From the NCBI GenBank assembly GCA_001938485.1, contig MQRK01199368.1, positions 10,761 through 74,760 of the forward strand: DNA of 64,000 bases. The letters are read 5' to 3'. The DNA comes from Girardia tigrina (lineage: Eukaryota). A model generated the notes under the pieces. It searched no databases, was not told the origin of the DNA, and saw nothing but the letters and a program-made list of their open reading frames with translations. The position numbers and the translations under genes are program-made. Below, in pieces: positions 27,401 to 38,011 of the stretch. Within the stretch, counting starts at the first letter, position 1. Every line of letters starts with the position of its first letter.

Positions 27401-30400
27401 AGACGTATGGGTTTCCTCGAATAATAACTTGACTGATCAAATGGTTTTGCTTCTTGCTTGGTTATTGATTTTTTTCTTCTCACTTGATGGCTCAATAAAT
27501 TTGTTTCTTTTCACCTTGTGATTTAGTAGAATAATTCTGTTTTGGTCACACAGATTGATTTTTTTCTTGTTCTTTTATATATTCCTGATTCAGCGTAGGT
27601 TTCTTTTTGAAAATGTAGGTTTAAATTTAAAAACGTAGGTTTGAGTTCTAACTCGTTTTTTAAACTTTAAAACTTTCTTGACCTTTTTAAACTTCGTTTC
27701 TTTCTCTTTATAAATAATAATATTTTCTTTTTGAATATAAATAATAATATAATATTACTTATTTTCTTAAATATAAATAATAATTTTACGCTTGGTGGTA
27801 AATAATAAATCTTATTATTTACTAAAAATAACAAAATATAACAAAAATAAAAAATATATTGTTAGTAAGCATATGAATAAACAAAATAATAAACAAATTA
27901 CAATTATTAGCAATAAACAATTTATTTACATTCTCAACATAGCAGTAATTCAGAAATCCGCCCCACGTTTTTGGTTAGGTATAAAATTTCGCACACGTCT
28001 AGAAAAAAATTATTTTCCTCTTTTCAGTGCATTGGTAATGCTTGAAAAACGTGGTTGTTTTTACAAAAAAAATTTTTTATTAATAATATTATTTCTAATT
28101 AAATCGATGTCTTCCTACTCTAGCCGTTCGGAATATATTATTGTCAGAGAAATACTCCATATAAAGTAACTTTATTTCAACGTTCTAGATTATTCATAAT
28201 CTCCTCTGACTCCTTTTCTTTTTCGATATGTTTAGAATTTAAAAGATCACCTTCTTTATGTCTGAGTTATTAGTTGATTAAATTATACTATATTATTGTC
28301 TAAATTGTAGGTCATTTTTGTTTTATTATAGTTGTTGAGAAACAGATTTTAGCATTGTTTTACATATAAATAAGATGGCTTGTTTATCTTTTTTTCACTT
28401 TCAGTCGGTAAACAAGCAATTTTATAATTATAACAGAAGAGGATTTTGGGCATAAGTTCTCTTCTACTATACTATATACTTTATACTGCAGTAACGGCTT
28501 TTATTCTTTCTATTACATCTTTCTATGAGACAAAATTTTTTGGAAGCGTTTGTTGACATTAAAATATCGGATAATATTTCGAATAACTATAATGCATTAT
28601 CAAAAGTATAACGTTTCGATATCGTGATAACCTTTTCTTCACCTCGTTAGAATTTCTCGCACATTGCAGTTAGTATGAATAATCTCAAGAGCCACTCATA
28701 AACACTTGTAGACCTCATCGAGTCGTTCCGACTTTCGGTAAGCCTTGCATCACCAAGGAATATGATCGAGAGTGTTCAGCTCTCATAAAGCAGTTTTTCA
28801 CGACCAGAGTGAATGACACTCAGAGCTATTTAGAAAGAACTACTCTATCGCATCAAAAATCCCATCGCCCTTCTACTCGTGGACCGAAAAGAAGCCATAT
28901 CTTATGTTTCCGTATACCAAGATTAATCTCAGTCCTGCCTTGTAGTTGCTCCTCGCCACACTAAAATTGGTTCATTTTTAAAAAAAGAGAATCAATAGTA
29001 ATTTTATATTTTATTTACAAAATTCCATTTTTAGTCAAAAATAAAAAATATCACAATTTTTTATACAAAAACTCAATATGTTTTTGTCAAAACAATCAAT
29101 GGCCAATCTATATTAAATTAGTTGCAGTTTACTTCATATTATTTGAGTTTATAAAACAATATTTAAGTTATTTTCCGTAACTTCTTTATCTGTTTTAATA
29201 GATCAAAGAATACGGTACTCAGTTGAATCATTATGATAATTCTATGGTTCAATCCACTGCTAGAGGTACAGCATTGGAAAAAGAAATAGAAAATCTTCGA
29301 AATGCAAATATACGACTTTCAAGACAAAAAGAACAAATAAGTCTTTCACTCTCCGAAAGGAATAAAGAACTAGGACATATGAAAGCAAAACTTGAAAACT
29401 TGGAATGTAATGAAACGAGATGCAGACATTCAATTTGTAATGAACCCATTACGAATACGGTAATATATAAAATATTTAATGTAATAATTAAAAAAATGGT
29501 TTGCAGTAAACTTTTGTGATTTGATAAAATTATTGAAACATCGTTTAAATATATTCTTTTTGTGTTCTTTTGTAGGATTGGGAAAATTGTGAGTGTATAG
29601 TAAATCAAAAAAAAATTTACAACCATTTTTTTATGGTGGCAGAACTCTACTTGGTCAACAGAATTTTTTTGTTATCTTTTGTAAAAGGGAAAAATTACTA
29701 TGAAATTTTTTAGTTTATTATGTTATTAGTAATTATTTAATTGCCAAATTGAGTTGGAAAACATTTTTTAATGAAATATAAAGCATGAAAAATACATGAT
29801 AATTTTGAAGAAACAGAAATAAATATAATTGTCCATGGTTCTTTTCGTATTTCTTCCAGAAACCGATTTATTTTGTGAATACTCTGGAACAAAATAAAAA
29901 TGCGAATCGTAATATTCAAAGCACGGAGAAAAGAACTATAGAAATTAGAAGACCTATCTTAATAATAATTTGTTAATAATAAATGTCCTAACAATTTTTT
30001 TGGTATAATTAATTATATTAATAAATTTTGTGAAAAGATGAAGTGGAAAACATTGGGAAGTGTCGAATTGCAGAAATGTTAGCAGGATCAAAGATAATTC
30101 GCTGATGTATAAATTTTGTAAGATTGAGTATATTTCCTCGACATTCGAAACAACTATTCCAAAATATTGTCATTTTGGTAATTTTTTATAGATATATTTT
30201 CGTTATATATAATGATTTTGTGGAGGAAATTATTTATTAAGATTAATTACAGTATAAATGATCAACTTTGATGCTATCGATCGGCTACTGTCATCAAATT
30301 TCATTGGTTCCCCATGTATAAGATAAAAACATTTTAAAATGTTCCAACATTGACATTGGAATCATATTTTCTCATTTAAGTCTAGAATTATATCATTACA

Positions 30401-33400
30401 TGTGACCATATTAATCAGAGTCAACTGCAATAGGACACATAAACAACATATTATTTGAAATTATGGATTCCAGTTCATACCCTTTACAATTGTTTTTTGT
30501 TCTTAAATAGAGAAGGCTATGAATAATTCGCATTTTAGAGACTTAACTCTCATTCCAAGGGATGATTAACAGAACAGGATTAAATAACGTTTATTTTACT
30601 TTTGCTAGTGTTAACTTGGTTAGTTACAACTTGTTACATATCATTAATATATACTTTTAACTCATAAATATTCAATTTTCATTAATTCAAAATTATTATT
30701 TTAACATAAATTAATTTGTCTGATATTCGTAGTAAAATTTAGTAAAAGACACTGAAATTTAATCTACACTTTATTATTATTCTGATACTTATTAATCCAT
30801 TTTTAGTAATAGAGGCATACTAAAACTATCAAAATACATAAGCTCATCTCATTTGATATTCACATGAGTTACGTTTATACAATACTTTTAATTTGTACAA
30901 TGTCATATATCAGAAATTACTTAAAATATCAAATCAAACAAATGTTTTCAAAATTTCGATACTTATTTTAAAGTTATTTTATTTATTATTTTTGTAAATT
31001 TTCCCTATGCCAATGTAAAAATTCTTATTCTTTTTGTTTATTCAAATCCTAATATTAGTTAGTGAACACTCTCCGTGAGTATATCGACATGACGCATAAA
31101 TACAATGCCTGATCTGAACTACTTCTCATTATTTGATCGAGGTGAAATTTTGCAAATCAACTCAAATCTCGTTTGCATGTTATTTAAAAAAAATACAGAA
31201 CTCAATTAATGAAATTAATTGTTAATAAGTTACTATTCATAATAAATTGAAAATATTTTGTACAACCTTCAAATTTAAACACTTTATATGAAGATAATGC
31301 TCAAACATTAAAATTAACTATAGGTGTTACGAAATTATAAAAATAAAATATCAATAATTCCTCTATGATATTAGATGATAACCAAAAAGGAATTGATCTT
31401 TTAAAGAAATTTTATGGCACATTTTTTTCTTGTTTATTGTAATATTCTTTGGCATTTTCCTTATGACTGGAAAATATAACAAAGCGTATTCTATCAAGAG
31501 AATACCTTTTTGTACTGCCCCCCCCTACTTTGTTCCGTCGACAGTCATTTCATTTAAATTGTGAATAATAATATAATATTTGGTTAGTAACAATTACATG
31601 GAATGACTGCAGGGATTATTATTAGATTCTCTTATTAAATCATCACGCAAATCATAATAAAAACACAGTAAATATTTGTAACGACGTAAGGAAAAATAAA
31701 ATTTTTATTCAAAATTTTGTTTTCAATTAAACTCAACTTTTTTGTTAATTTGCTCTCTTTTTCTTCAATTGACAAATCAAAACAGATACACTTTTTAACA
31801 ATTGTTTTTTGAAATCGTTTATGTGAATTTTAGTTTCTCTTTTTAAAATAAGGAACGATTCACTTTTAAATTTAAATTTATATATTTTTTCACAATTACA
31901 ATGATTCGATTTATTTTTTTGCAACAATTGAAAAATTGTGACAATGTGTCCCATACGCATTCAACACTCATTCAAATTCACATGTATTTGAACATCTAAT
32001 TACCAGTCTCTCTTTTTTAATTCAAAAACCAAAATATGTACACAAACACTCACAGACATTGAACACATGTGACCTCACGCGATTTCAAATCGATTTTAAT
32101 AATATCCTTTTATTTTAATGTTATTATTAATTGTTTTTAAATTATTAAATTATTTTTTTAATTATAAGCCTCCCCCGACTGTTACGGATAACTGTGTATT
32201 ACAAATACTACTCAGCATGGGCAAACAGGGTAGTGAATCATAGACTCTCTATCGGGTTGAAACCATTTGACAAATACAAAGTTTTCTGATCCTCTCACAC
32301 AGTTTCATATGCAAGAATGCGAGCTTTCAATGTATGGGTACGCTTCAGCTTCCATCTAAGAAATGACCAGTCATGTTCCTTCGTTCTGTGATTCTGGAGA
32401 CTTTTATCTGTTTAAACTCACTTAATGCAACGGGGAAATGGGCAATCAAACATTCCCTTATATGTTATATTATCCAGCCGAAAATTCAACACCACACTAG
32501 GGATTACTCTTGGACAGTCCTCATTAGTTACACCGACAGACACTGACGTATCATGTTCCGCGTTGAAGTTCAAAGGTCCAGTACATATTTCTGTTTCTTC
32601 TCTTTGTACTACTTGGATCTTCGTAGTACCATTACCTTGGATTCGATGATCAAATTAATAAATGTCGTTGTAGCCATCTATTAATGTTTTAAGTTTTGTG
32701 GTAGTTCTCCATGGGACATATTAATGAACCACCACCTCTGTTTTTAATTATATATATTTTTAAACTTTAATTACTTAATTATTTTTATTTTATTTAATTA
32801 TTAACATGTAATATTGGTAAATATTCGTTCAATCATTTTACTTTCCGCTCTAAATGATCTTTTAGAGTATTTCCATTTACCTTTTAAAAAGTTGAAAGCA
32901 CTGGAGAACATATTCTTTTATTAAAGTTCTAAGTATTTTCAAATTAACTTTCGAAGGATTCCTGAAAAACCTTTTGAAAAAACATTTTTGCAAAATTGTA
33001 AAACCCCTTATTTTAACTAGAGATATTTATAGTGTTAAATAATGAAATTCTATATTCAAAAATAATAAACAAGAAGAGTAAACGTTTTAACTATTCTCAA
33101 ACATTTTGCTGTTATATTTTAATCTTACTTTAGTAATCTATTTTTTAAATTGATTTAACATAAATTGGACATCCAAACAAATTGTGTATATTCTAATTTT
33201 AATTCATTCAAGTGTTTTTTCTTCATGAAAATTACTTATTTAGAATAATAAAAGAGAAAATGGTTTTAATGAAACGGATTTTAAAATCAAAACCCCGGTG
33301 CTAAATGGACGTTACGAAGGACTTGATAAAGAACATCAGCAACTTCAGTCCTCCAGTACATTACTTCCTGCTCAGATGAAAACGTCTTTGGCCGATAACT

Positions 33401-35448
33401 ATGATCCTATTGCATTACGGTTAAGATTTTACTATTTTGATTTTTTTATTTTGATAAAGATTATTTTTATTTTGATGTTCCTTGATTTTCTAGCATATGA
33501 TCTACTAATTGAAATGCGTTCAATTAATCCTTTTCGAGATTATCTGGAAATCAATAATCTTTTAACATTTATTGAAAAATTTAAGTTTTAAATATTATCT
33601 TAAAGTTTACACATCACCTTAACCATTTTGATTATTTTTTGTAGTATTTAAAAATAAGAAAGCGCCATTTTGGAATACAATTTTTTATTTTTGCAATATA
33701 TTTCGACGGAATATCCGTCATTTTTTGTAGTATTTGTTGCGTTTAATGTAAAGTTGAGATTTCGACATAGTATTTTACAAAAATTTAATTTGTTTTGTAA
33801 TATTTTGAGTTTCTGTATCGAGAGAAGATTTAAACTATTTCATATCAAAAAAGTGTCATAAAATATTTAGAAAAGAATTATATATTAATATACATATGCC
33901 TCGAGCAGGGCTCCACGTCAAAATGTCGCGGGTCCAAAATGTCGCGAACAAAAATATCGCGAATATAAAATGTTTAAGAAACTTTATTAAAATTAGTATT
34001 GTTACTTAAAATAAATTAAAAGTAATATATGAATTATAAAAATGTAATATAAAAACAAATAATAATAAATAAAATCTGTTTGCATTCAATATTCAAAACA
34101 AAAACATATTTTATAAACCCATTTTTATATATCAAAAAAACGTTTAATGCTTCAATATTTTATTATTAAACGTACAAAAGAAAATTGCTTGTTACATCCT
34201 TCAAATAATTTAAAAGTAATGCATCATTGTAACTCGCTACTATCCTGTATAATCTTTTTGCATTGTCCCTATATTTTTTCCTTCCTAAAGGTTGCTCTTG
34301 TCCAACAATATACTGGTTATTCTTTAATTCATTAAGGCTTTCTTCATGCTTCAATACATCAATGAAACGCCAAATATTTGGATGATTTGAAATGAAAAAC
34401 TCGTTAAATGCTCGATGCAAATCTTCAACCGAATTAAAAGTTAAAAATTAAAAATAAAACTTCATTTTCAGAGTAATATTCCGATCCACATAATGTTTCG
34501 AATGCCATAATGATATGGTTTTCAGGTAAAAAGGCTGCCAACATCCGTACATGTAATGAAAACATTGGATTTTCTAAAAAAAACATTTTATAATTTATTT
34601 TCAGTATTTTTGAAATTTTTGAAAATACGTTATATTTAATATTCAATTTTTTTATGTTTTAAATATTTAATAATATCCTTAATTGATTTTAAAATTTGAT
34701 AAATAAATTTTACAAATATTAATAAAATTTTGAATAAAATTGAAATAAAATTATTATTTTTAAAAATACTGTTTTATCTGTTTTCTATTTTAATCCACTC
34801 ATTTTTCTACTAAAATAATATTTGAAATCAAATGAATTTATAAAGAATATTTTCAAATATTTAAATATTAAAAACCATTGAAATTTTGATCAGCGAACTC
34901 AATTAACTACTTCCTCATAGGCATTAAGAGCACTCATTTCATAATCACACATAATAAATTTTGGTCATAAATTTTGCCTCAAAGTTATCAAAACAGTTAA
35001 TGTCTGTATAAACGTTTCTTCCCTTTTGTTGGTGAGTAAAAGAAAATCGGATGGTAGTACATTATTAAACTTAATTTCGAGAATTTTATACAATTGATAT
35101 TTAAAAAAAAACTATTTTTTTGTTCGCGACATTTTATACCCGCGACATATTTGTTTGCGACATTTTGACGTGCTACACTCGAGCAGAACATTTCTGTTTA
35201 AGGTTATTATGATGTAACTAATTTTATTTTTAAAACCTTTTTTTCTAATAGTTGTTAGGAATTCCGAAAAGTTATTAAAAATTTTTGAAAGAATGTAAAA
35301 ATTAAATATGCCAATTAAAATGTTGAAAATTTTAAAATGTCATTATTAAGAACACCAACATGGGTTTTCAAACTTTTATTTTCATTACAGTCAGAATTGT
35401 CTTTTGGACAACTCTCAGCAAAACTCTCGTCATTCGACATCGTTCTAA
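6341..35448 (+). CDS. 14-exon coiled-coil protein gene (~842 aa), CEP135/TSGA10-like
   Basis: Exons joined by hand with GT-AG sites and matching phases: 6341-6401, 12227-12538, 14886-15112, 19979-20050, 20098-20187, 20236-20298, 22740-22904, 24593-24793, 24840-25079, 25127-25369, 26141-26503, 29202-29459, 33244-33419, 35391-35448. Total 2529 nt, no internal stop, heptad-rich throughout. Confidence 0.8.
7652..8065 (+). mobile_element. Gypsy-like LTR (7652-7930), PBS and start of gag
   Basis: TGTAA...TTACA ends, followed immediately by TGGCGAAC (PBS-like) and a gag-like stretch DNLEEFIEECKRFF. Confidence 0.55.
8220..9340 (-). mobile_element. Decayed retroelement gag/ORF1-like remnant
   Basis: GC-richer block with broken minus-strand frames and a degenerate zinc knuckle FKCKLVDHVREDC. 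Confidence 0.4.
9708..10632 (-). mobile_element. Non-autonomous Helitron-like element
   Basis: Minus-strand 3' end has hairpin CCCGTCATATATGACAGG followed by CTAG-T. (GTTT)n microsatellite near the other end (10590-10605), as in Lep1/DINE-1-type elements. Confidence 0.55.
9970..10177. mobile_element. MITE, PIF/Harbinger(Tourist)-like, nested in the Helitron
   Basis: Degenerate TIRs GGGGTAGTCCATAAATGACGTCACG / CGTGATGTTTTTATGGACCCT. Confidence 0.5.
11116..11562 (-). mobile_element. 5S rRNA-derived SINE (SINE3-type), full length
   Basis: 120-nt 5S-like head (11560-11441: GATCTCGTCCGATCTCCGAAGTCAAGCA...GTTAGTACTT), ~320-nt unrelated body, short poly(A) tail, and a 10-bp TSD CAAGTAACAT at 11106-11115 and 11563-11572. 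Confidence 0.85.
11441..11560 (-). ncRNA. 5S rRNA-like head of the SINE (not a canonical 5S gene; no oligo-T terminator follows)
   Basis: 5S length and internal promoter-like boxes; the helices can be drawn by eye. Confidence 0.7.
11893..12102. mobile_element. Palindromic Tc1/mariner-type MITE
   Basis: ~97-bp near-perfect inverted arms starting CAGGGTGGCC, short spacer, TA on both sides. Confidence 0.9.
12227..12538 (+). CDS. Coiled-coil gene exon 2
   Basis: tttcAG acceptor; in frame with ORF 12286-12561; donor GT at 12539. Confidence 0.85.
12948..13360 (+). pseudogene. Tc1/maT-like transposase N-terminal remnant
   Basis: MVAKRAEIVILHCADH...TVDRVRQ...PKSG*; NPERSITVCASKFGV; KRPLL...RFERC*ALL, with stops. 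Confidence 0.6.
13620..13920 (+). pseudogene. Mariner transposase catalytic-domain remnant
   Basis: LTIFWDFHGVV, NNAPIHTS and LPHQSYSPDLS motifs. Confidence 0.7.
14146..14483 (-). mobile_element. Non-autonomous hAT deletion derivative (same family as 38497-43671)
   Basis: TIR CAGTGGCGTAGC/GCTACGCCACTG, perfect 8-bp TSD CGTCAACC, and the reverse complement of the large element's transposase 3' end and right terminus. Confidence 0.9.
14886..15112 (+). CDS. Coiled-coil gene exon 3
   Basis: AG 14884-85; open frame KSLIEESQKLRR...KPKNSKK; donor GT at 15113. Confidence 0.85.
16560..16930 (+). pseudogene. Highly decayed Tc1/maT-like transposase fragment
   Basis: Frame-broken LIFSNDNHFSVKQSYSVSND resembles the IFSDEKxFxVEQxxNxQND first-Asp motif. 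Confidence 0.35.
17690..19408 (+). mobile_element. Penelope-like element fragment with inverted terminal repeats, interrupted by a mariner
   Basis: FTCHKCQALYIGETDCHLRNRVAKHSQ...ILEHL (GIY-YIG). 17725-17785 is the inverse of 19320-19375, which holds CTGAAGA-tgcct-gtaa-aggt-GAAAC. Confidence 0.75.
18216..19291 (+). mobile_element. Mariner element, mauritiana (Mos1-like) subfamily; transposase 18399-19214 spans an N gap
   Basis: TIRs TTAGGTGTACAACTAATTAATTTCGTAT and inverse, TA TSD. N-terminus MSNYVPTKQHLR...WFARFKSGDFD; C-terminus IHKLPDRWEKVAASDGQYFE. Confidence 0.92.
19979..20050 (+). CDS. Coiled-coil gene exon 4
   Basis: AG 19977-78; 24 codons; followed by a 47-nt intron. Confidence 0.7.
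20098..20187 (+). CDS. Coiled-coil gene exon 5
   Basis: ASKENEYSKLKMEKEQMKNLLNNLEHQIFE; followed by a 48-nt intron. Confidence 0.85.
20236..20298 (+). CDS. Coiled-coil gene exon 6
   Basis: tacAG acceptor; IQNNIVKISNEKQKFKQLYLE; GTAAGT donor. Confidence 0.85.
20695..21604 (+). mobile_element. Merlin/IS1016-like DNA transposon remnant
   Basis: Loose inverted termini. Internal decayed frame ILKSMMLCSQC...DEYV*K...CSKYKTTLTIR resembles the Merlin N-terminal zinc ribbon. Confidence 0.4.
21765..22604. mobile_element. AT-rich foldback element
   Basis: 21765-21920 is the reverse complement of 22070-22126 plus 22503-22604. Confidence 0.7.
22127..22502. mobile_element. Solo LTR inserted in the foldback arm
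   Basis: TGTTAGA...TCTAACG ends and a 5-bp TSD AAATC; it interrupts the otherwise continuous right arm. Confidence 0.7.
22740..22904 (+). CDS. Coiled-coil gene exon 7
   Basis: AG 22738-39; 55 open codons; GT at 22905. Confidence 0.85.
23320..23567 (+). mobile_element. Short non-autonomous Helitron-like element
   Basis: GTTT/GTCT microsatellite at the 5' side and GCGGG...CGCCTAG-T 3' end. Confidence 0.45.
24593..24793 (+). CDS. Coiled-coil gene exon 8
   Basis: 67 open codons between AG and GT; followed by a 46-nt intron. Confidence 0.85.
24840..25079 (+). CDS. Coiled-coil gene exon 9
   Basis: 80 open codons; followed by a 47-nt intron. Confidence 0.85.
25127..25369 (+). CDS. Coiled-coil gene exon 10
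   Basis: 81 open codons; GT at 25370. Confidence 0.85.
25964..26004 (+). ncRNA. Minimal type I hammerhead ribozyme motif (Penelope-type)
   Basis: gac-CTGATGA-t-gggat-tattatt-atctc-GAAAC-gcGTC-gtc: intact core, stem II, palindromic stem III and gac/gtc stem I. Confidence 0.7.
26141..26503 (+). CDS. Coiled-coil gene exon 11
   Basis: ttttcAG acceptor within ORF 26123-26536; GT at 26504. Confidence 0.88.
29202..29459 (+). CDS. Coiled-coil gene exon 12
   Basis: AG 29200-01; in frame with ORF 29223-29519; GT at 29460. Confidence 0.85.
32170..32730 (-). repeat. Dispersed repeat with a decayed C2H2 zinc-finger-like frame
   Basis: YKGMFDCPFPRCIK*V*TDKSLQNHRTKEHDWSFL aligns by eye with the copy at 59040-59420. 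Confidence 0.5.
33244..33419 (+). CDS. Coiled-coil gene exon 13
   Basis: AG 33242-43; in frame with ORF 33298; phase-2 donor GTTAAG at 33420. Confidence 0.8.
33909..35177 (-). mobile_element. MULE (Mutator-like) deletion derivative with transposase C-terminal remnant
   Basis: 9-bp TSD CTCGAGCAG, TIRs built of AAAATGTCGC repeats, and HRAFNEFF...HPNIWRFIDVLKHEE at 34166-34420. Confidence 0.85.
35391..35448 (+). CDS. Coiled-coil gene terminal exon 14 (RQNCLLDNSQQNSRHSTSF*)
   Basis: Strong polypyrimidine/ttacAG acceptor; phase 2 matches exon 13; TAA at 35446-48. Confidence 0.6.
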
Positions 35449-35595
35449 ATTGATAATTTTTNNNNNNNNNNNNNNNNNNNNNNNNNNNNNNNNNNNNNNN
35501 NNNNNNNNNNNNNNNNNNNNNNNNNNNNNNNNNNNNNNNNNNNNNNNNNNNNNNNNNNNNNNNNNNNNNNNNNNNNNNNNNNNNNNNNNNNNNNA

Positions 35596-35893
35596 AATTA
35601 TTTTATGTAAAGAAAGAATATTTAATTAATTCAAAACTTAGTTAAAACTATTTATTTTATTTAAATTTTAATATGAAGATTTGAAAAGATTTAATATTTT
35701 TAATGTTTTTACACATCTTATGCTGTATTTTAAAATATAAATTATACTCTATATAAATATAAATTATTTATTGTGAACATCTAAAATATCAATTTTTCAT
35801 CTGGGTGGGAGAAACACATTTCCAAATACTAAACTCAACATACAAAATTCAACAAACCAATTTCAACATACCAAATTTAAAATATTCCTCACA
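35596..35893 (-). repeat. Repeat starting TGTGAGGAATATTTT (LTR-like); inverted near-identical copy at 46699-46998
   Basis: Direct comparison of the two copies; this one runs into the N gap. Confidence 0.8.
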
Positions 35894-36075
35894 GTAATAT
35901 TATTTTATTCAAGTACCATTCTCTTCTACCAAAAAAGACAATTCAATTTTATATTTTTTTCTCTCACTAAATAACAATTACTGGTCGTTTTATTGCATTT
36001 TGCTTGCTTATCTATGCATAGAAAATATGTTTATAAAATAAAATAAATGAATTATATAATTAAAGAAAGAAAAAT

Positions 36076-37050
36076 TTAAAATAATTTGTGTTGTATCTCA
36101 GCAGAGGATTTTTCTTTTTCTTTATCAACTTTCAATTTGAGAGGTTTAATCGTCATATTGGGAATTATAGCTCGATCGGTATTAGCTGCAGTGATTGACT
36201 TCATGTGTCCGATATCTTTTGTCCGGAACAGAAATTGACGATTGAGATTTGAATTTTGAGATTGGACTTTGATTGGAGAATTGTCCAACGATTCATGGAG
36301 CTTTAATTGCGCAAGAACTCTATCGATTTCCACATCATCAGGATTGAAGAGACATTCATCTGGTTCATCAATACTGTTAATTTTCATATTCTTATATCGT
36401 TTTAATTTTAAAGAAAATGTTGGATCTGAGACGGTTTCAGCAGATTTCCACTCACAATGAATGTAAGAAAGTCCGCGATCTTTAAGAAAATATTTATCAA
36501 ATTCTATTTCCGAGCCTTTCGATGTTACATCTAATATGTCAGAAACGTTTTCAATTCGCCATCCAAGAATCTTTTTAACAACTTTACCTTGATTTTCTAA
36601 ATTTAATTCATAATTGAATCATCATCACTATTTATTGTTTTGGCCAATTCATACAAAGTTGGTAAATCATTTATATTCATTATGAAATAAGGATTCTCAA
36701 GAGATATAAGATCATTATCTAAAGGTACTCCATAACATTTAAATTTAGAGATAATTTTTAATTTTGACTGGAGACCTTTTCCATCTATGTATTCACTACG
36801 ACAAGACAAACAGCCCGGTACAAATATCAAAGGATATTCATCACAGAATTTCTTATTGATCACAGATTCGGCAATATCAATAATTTTCATTGATGATTTG
36901 ATAAACATTATTATCGATTTATATTTATTCGTTTTCCTGCAGATCTGAATCCGTCATAGGCTAATGATTTAATTGATTTTGCTTTGAAGATAATTTTTTT
37001 AATGATCCAATATTCGTAAACGGAAAATCATTTTTTTCGTTTTTATTTAA
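36076..37050 (-). pseudogene. Intronless frameshifted gene carrying a CHD6-9/kismet-type chromodomain fragment
   Basis: Open frame 36618-36076 contains VVKKILGWR...KYFLKDRGLSYIHCEWKS...KLKRYK...LFNPDDVEIDRVL. It joins ORF 36908-36603 by a 1-nt frameshift. Confidence 0.7.
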
Positions 37051-37089
37051 ACTTATTGGCGTCAATTAAATAAATTTCAAGTTGAAGCC

Positions 37090-37740
37090 AAATTAAATTT
37101 ATTTTCAAATTGCACAACAATTGCCAATTGAAAAATTGTTAATTGAAGAATTGTGACAACACTCACGTACATAATTTATGCATTAAAACAAACCGTTTTC
37201 ATTAATCGATCAATATCGACTTCTGAAACATTACATTAAATTGTTTTCAAATTTAATAAATAATAAAAAACCGATCTCGATACAATAATAATCAAGTCAC
37301 AAAAAATATTCATCGATAAATAGTTCTTTTTTTACATAACATTTTCAAATTATTGTCAATAGTCGCTTTTTCCGATTCTCGTACGAATTTATCGAATCGT
37401 TGAATATCCGGTTTGAACAACCCATTGTCAATTTTAAATTGACTTGTTCAAAAACAAATAACAAACACAGATGGTCAAAACTATTTTCATTTGTTTTAAT
37501 CAAATAATTGTTCCGTTACCAATGACTGCATCGGAAACGGAAATCAATTTAAATCGATTATTCTACAAAATCGAAAACGGAATCTCATCGAATGATAAAA
37601 CGATCGATTCGTGGAGGAATAATTATTTTATTAGTCACTGTGAGAAATTGTTGAAAAAGAATCGACTCATAATTAATTTTGAATGCGGTAACTGAATTAA
37701 AAGAATTGATTGCCATCACTAAACCTTATCAACGTGATAG
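37090..37740 (+). pseudogene. Decayed intronless ORF of unknown family
   Basis: Consecutive protein-like frames broken by stops and shifts; includes ORF 37471-37695. Confidence 0.35.
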
Positions 37741-38011
37741 TTCATATATATTTATATATACTTATATATAATTATGTATATTTAATTTAATTTTTATTAG
37801 TTTAATTCATTTTTTTTATTTAAATTACAAATAAAGGGTTTTAATTTACTTAAAATTACTTTTGTTAATTAAGAAAAGAGAAAAATGTAAAAAAATGGGA
37901 AATGAAATTCTTATTAATAATGTTATTTGTTATAATGTATTAAATGAATTAAAATTTTGATATCAAATAAAAAGATATATAGAGATATTGATTTTTTAAT
38001 TATTAAATCAA

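Noticed and set aside
26820-27985. 22-bp inverted repeat ATACCTAACCAAAAACGTGGGG around an LTR-like interior
   Set aside because: Probably a TE, but I could not fix the termini or TSD.
29249-29626. Antisense ORFs over exons or TE genes (also 2644, 42453, 58068, 60656) and short F/I/L/K-rich ORFs
   Set aside because: Shadow frames or AT-composition artefacts.
36925-36957. Short upstream ORF MTDSDLQENE* suggesting an antizyme-like programmed frameshift
   Set aside because: No UCC-UGA site or antizyme similarity; several shifts in the region point to decay.
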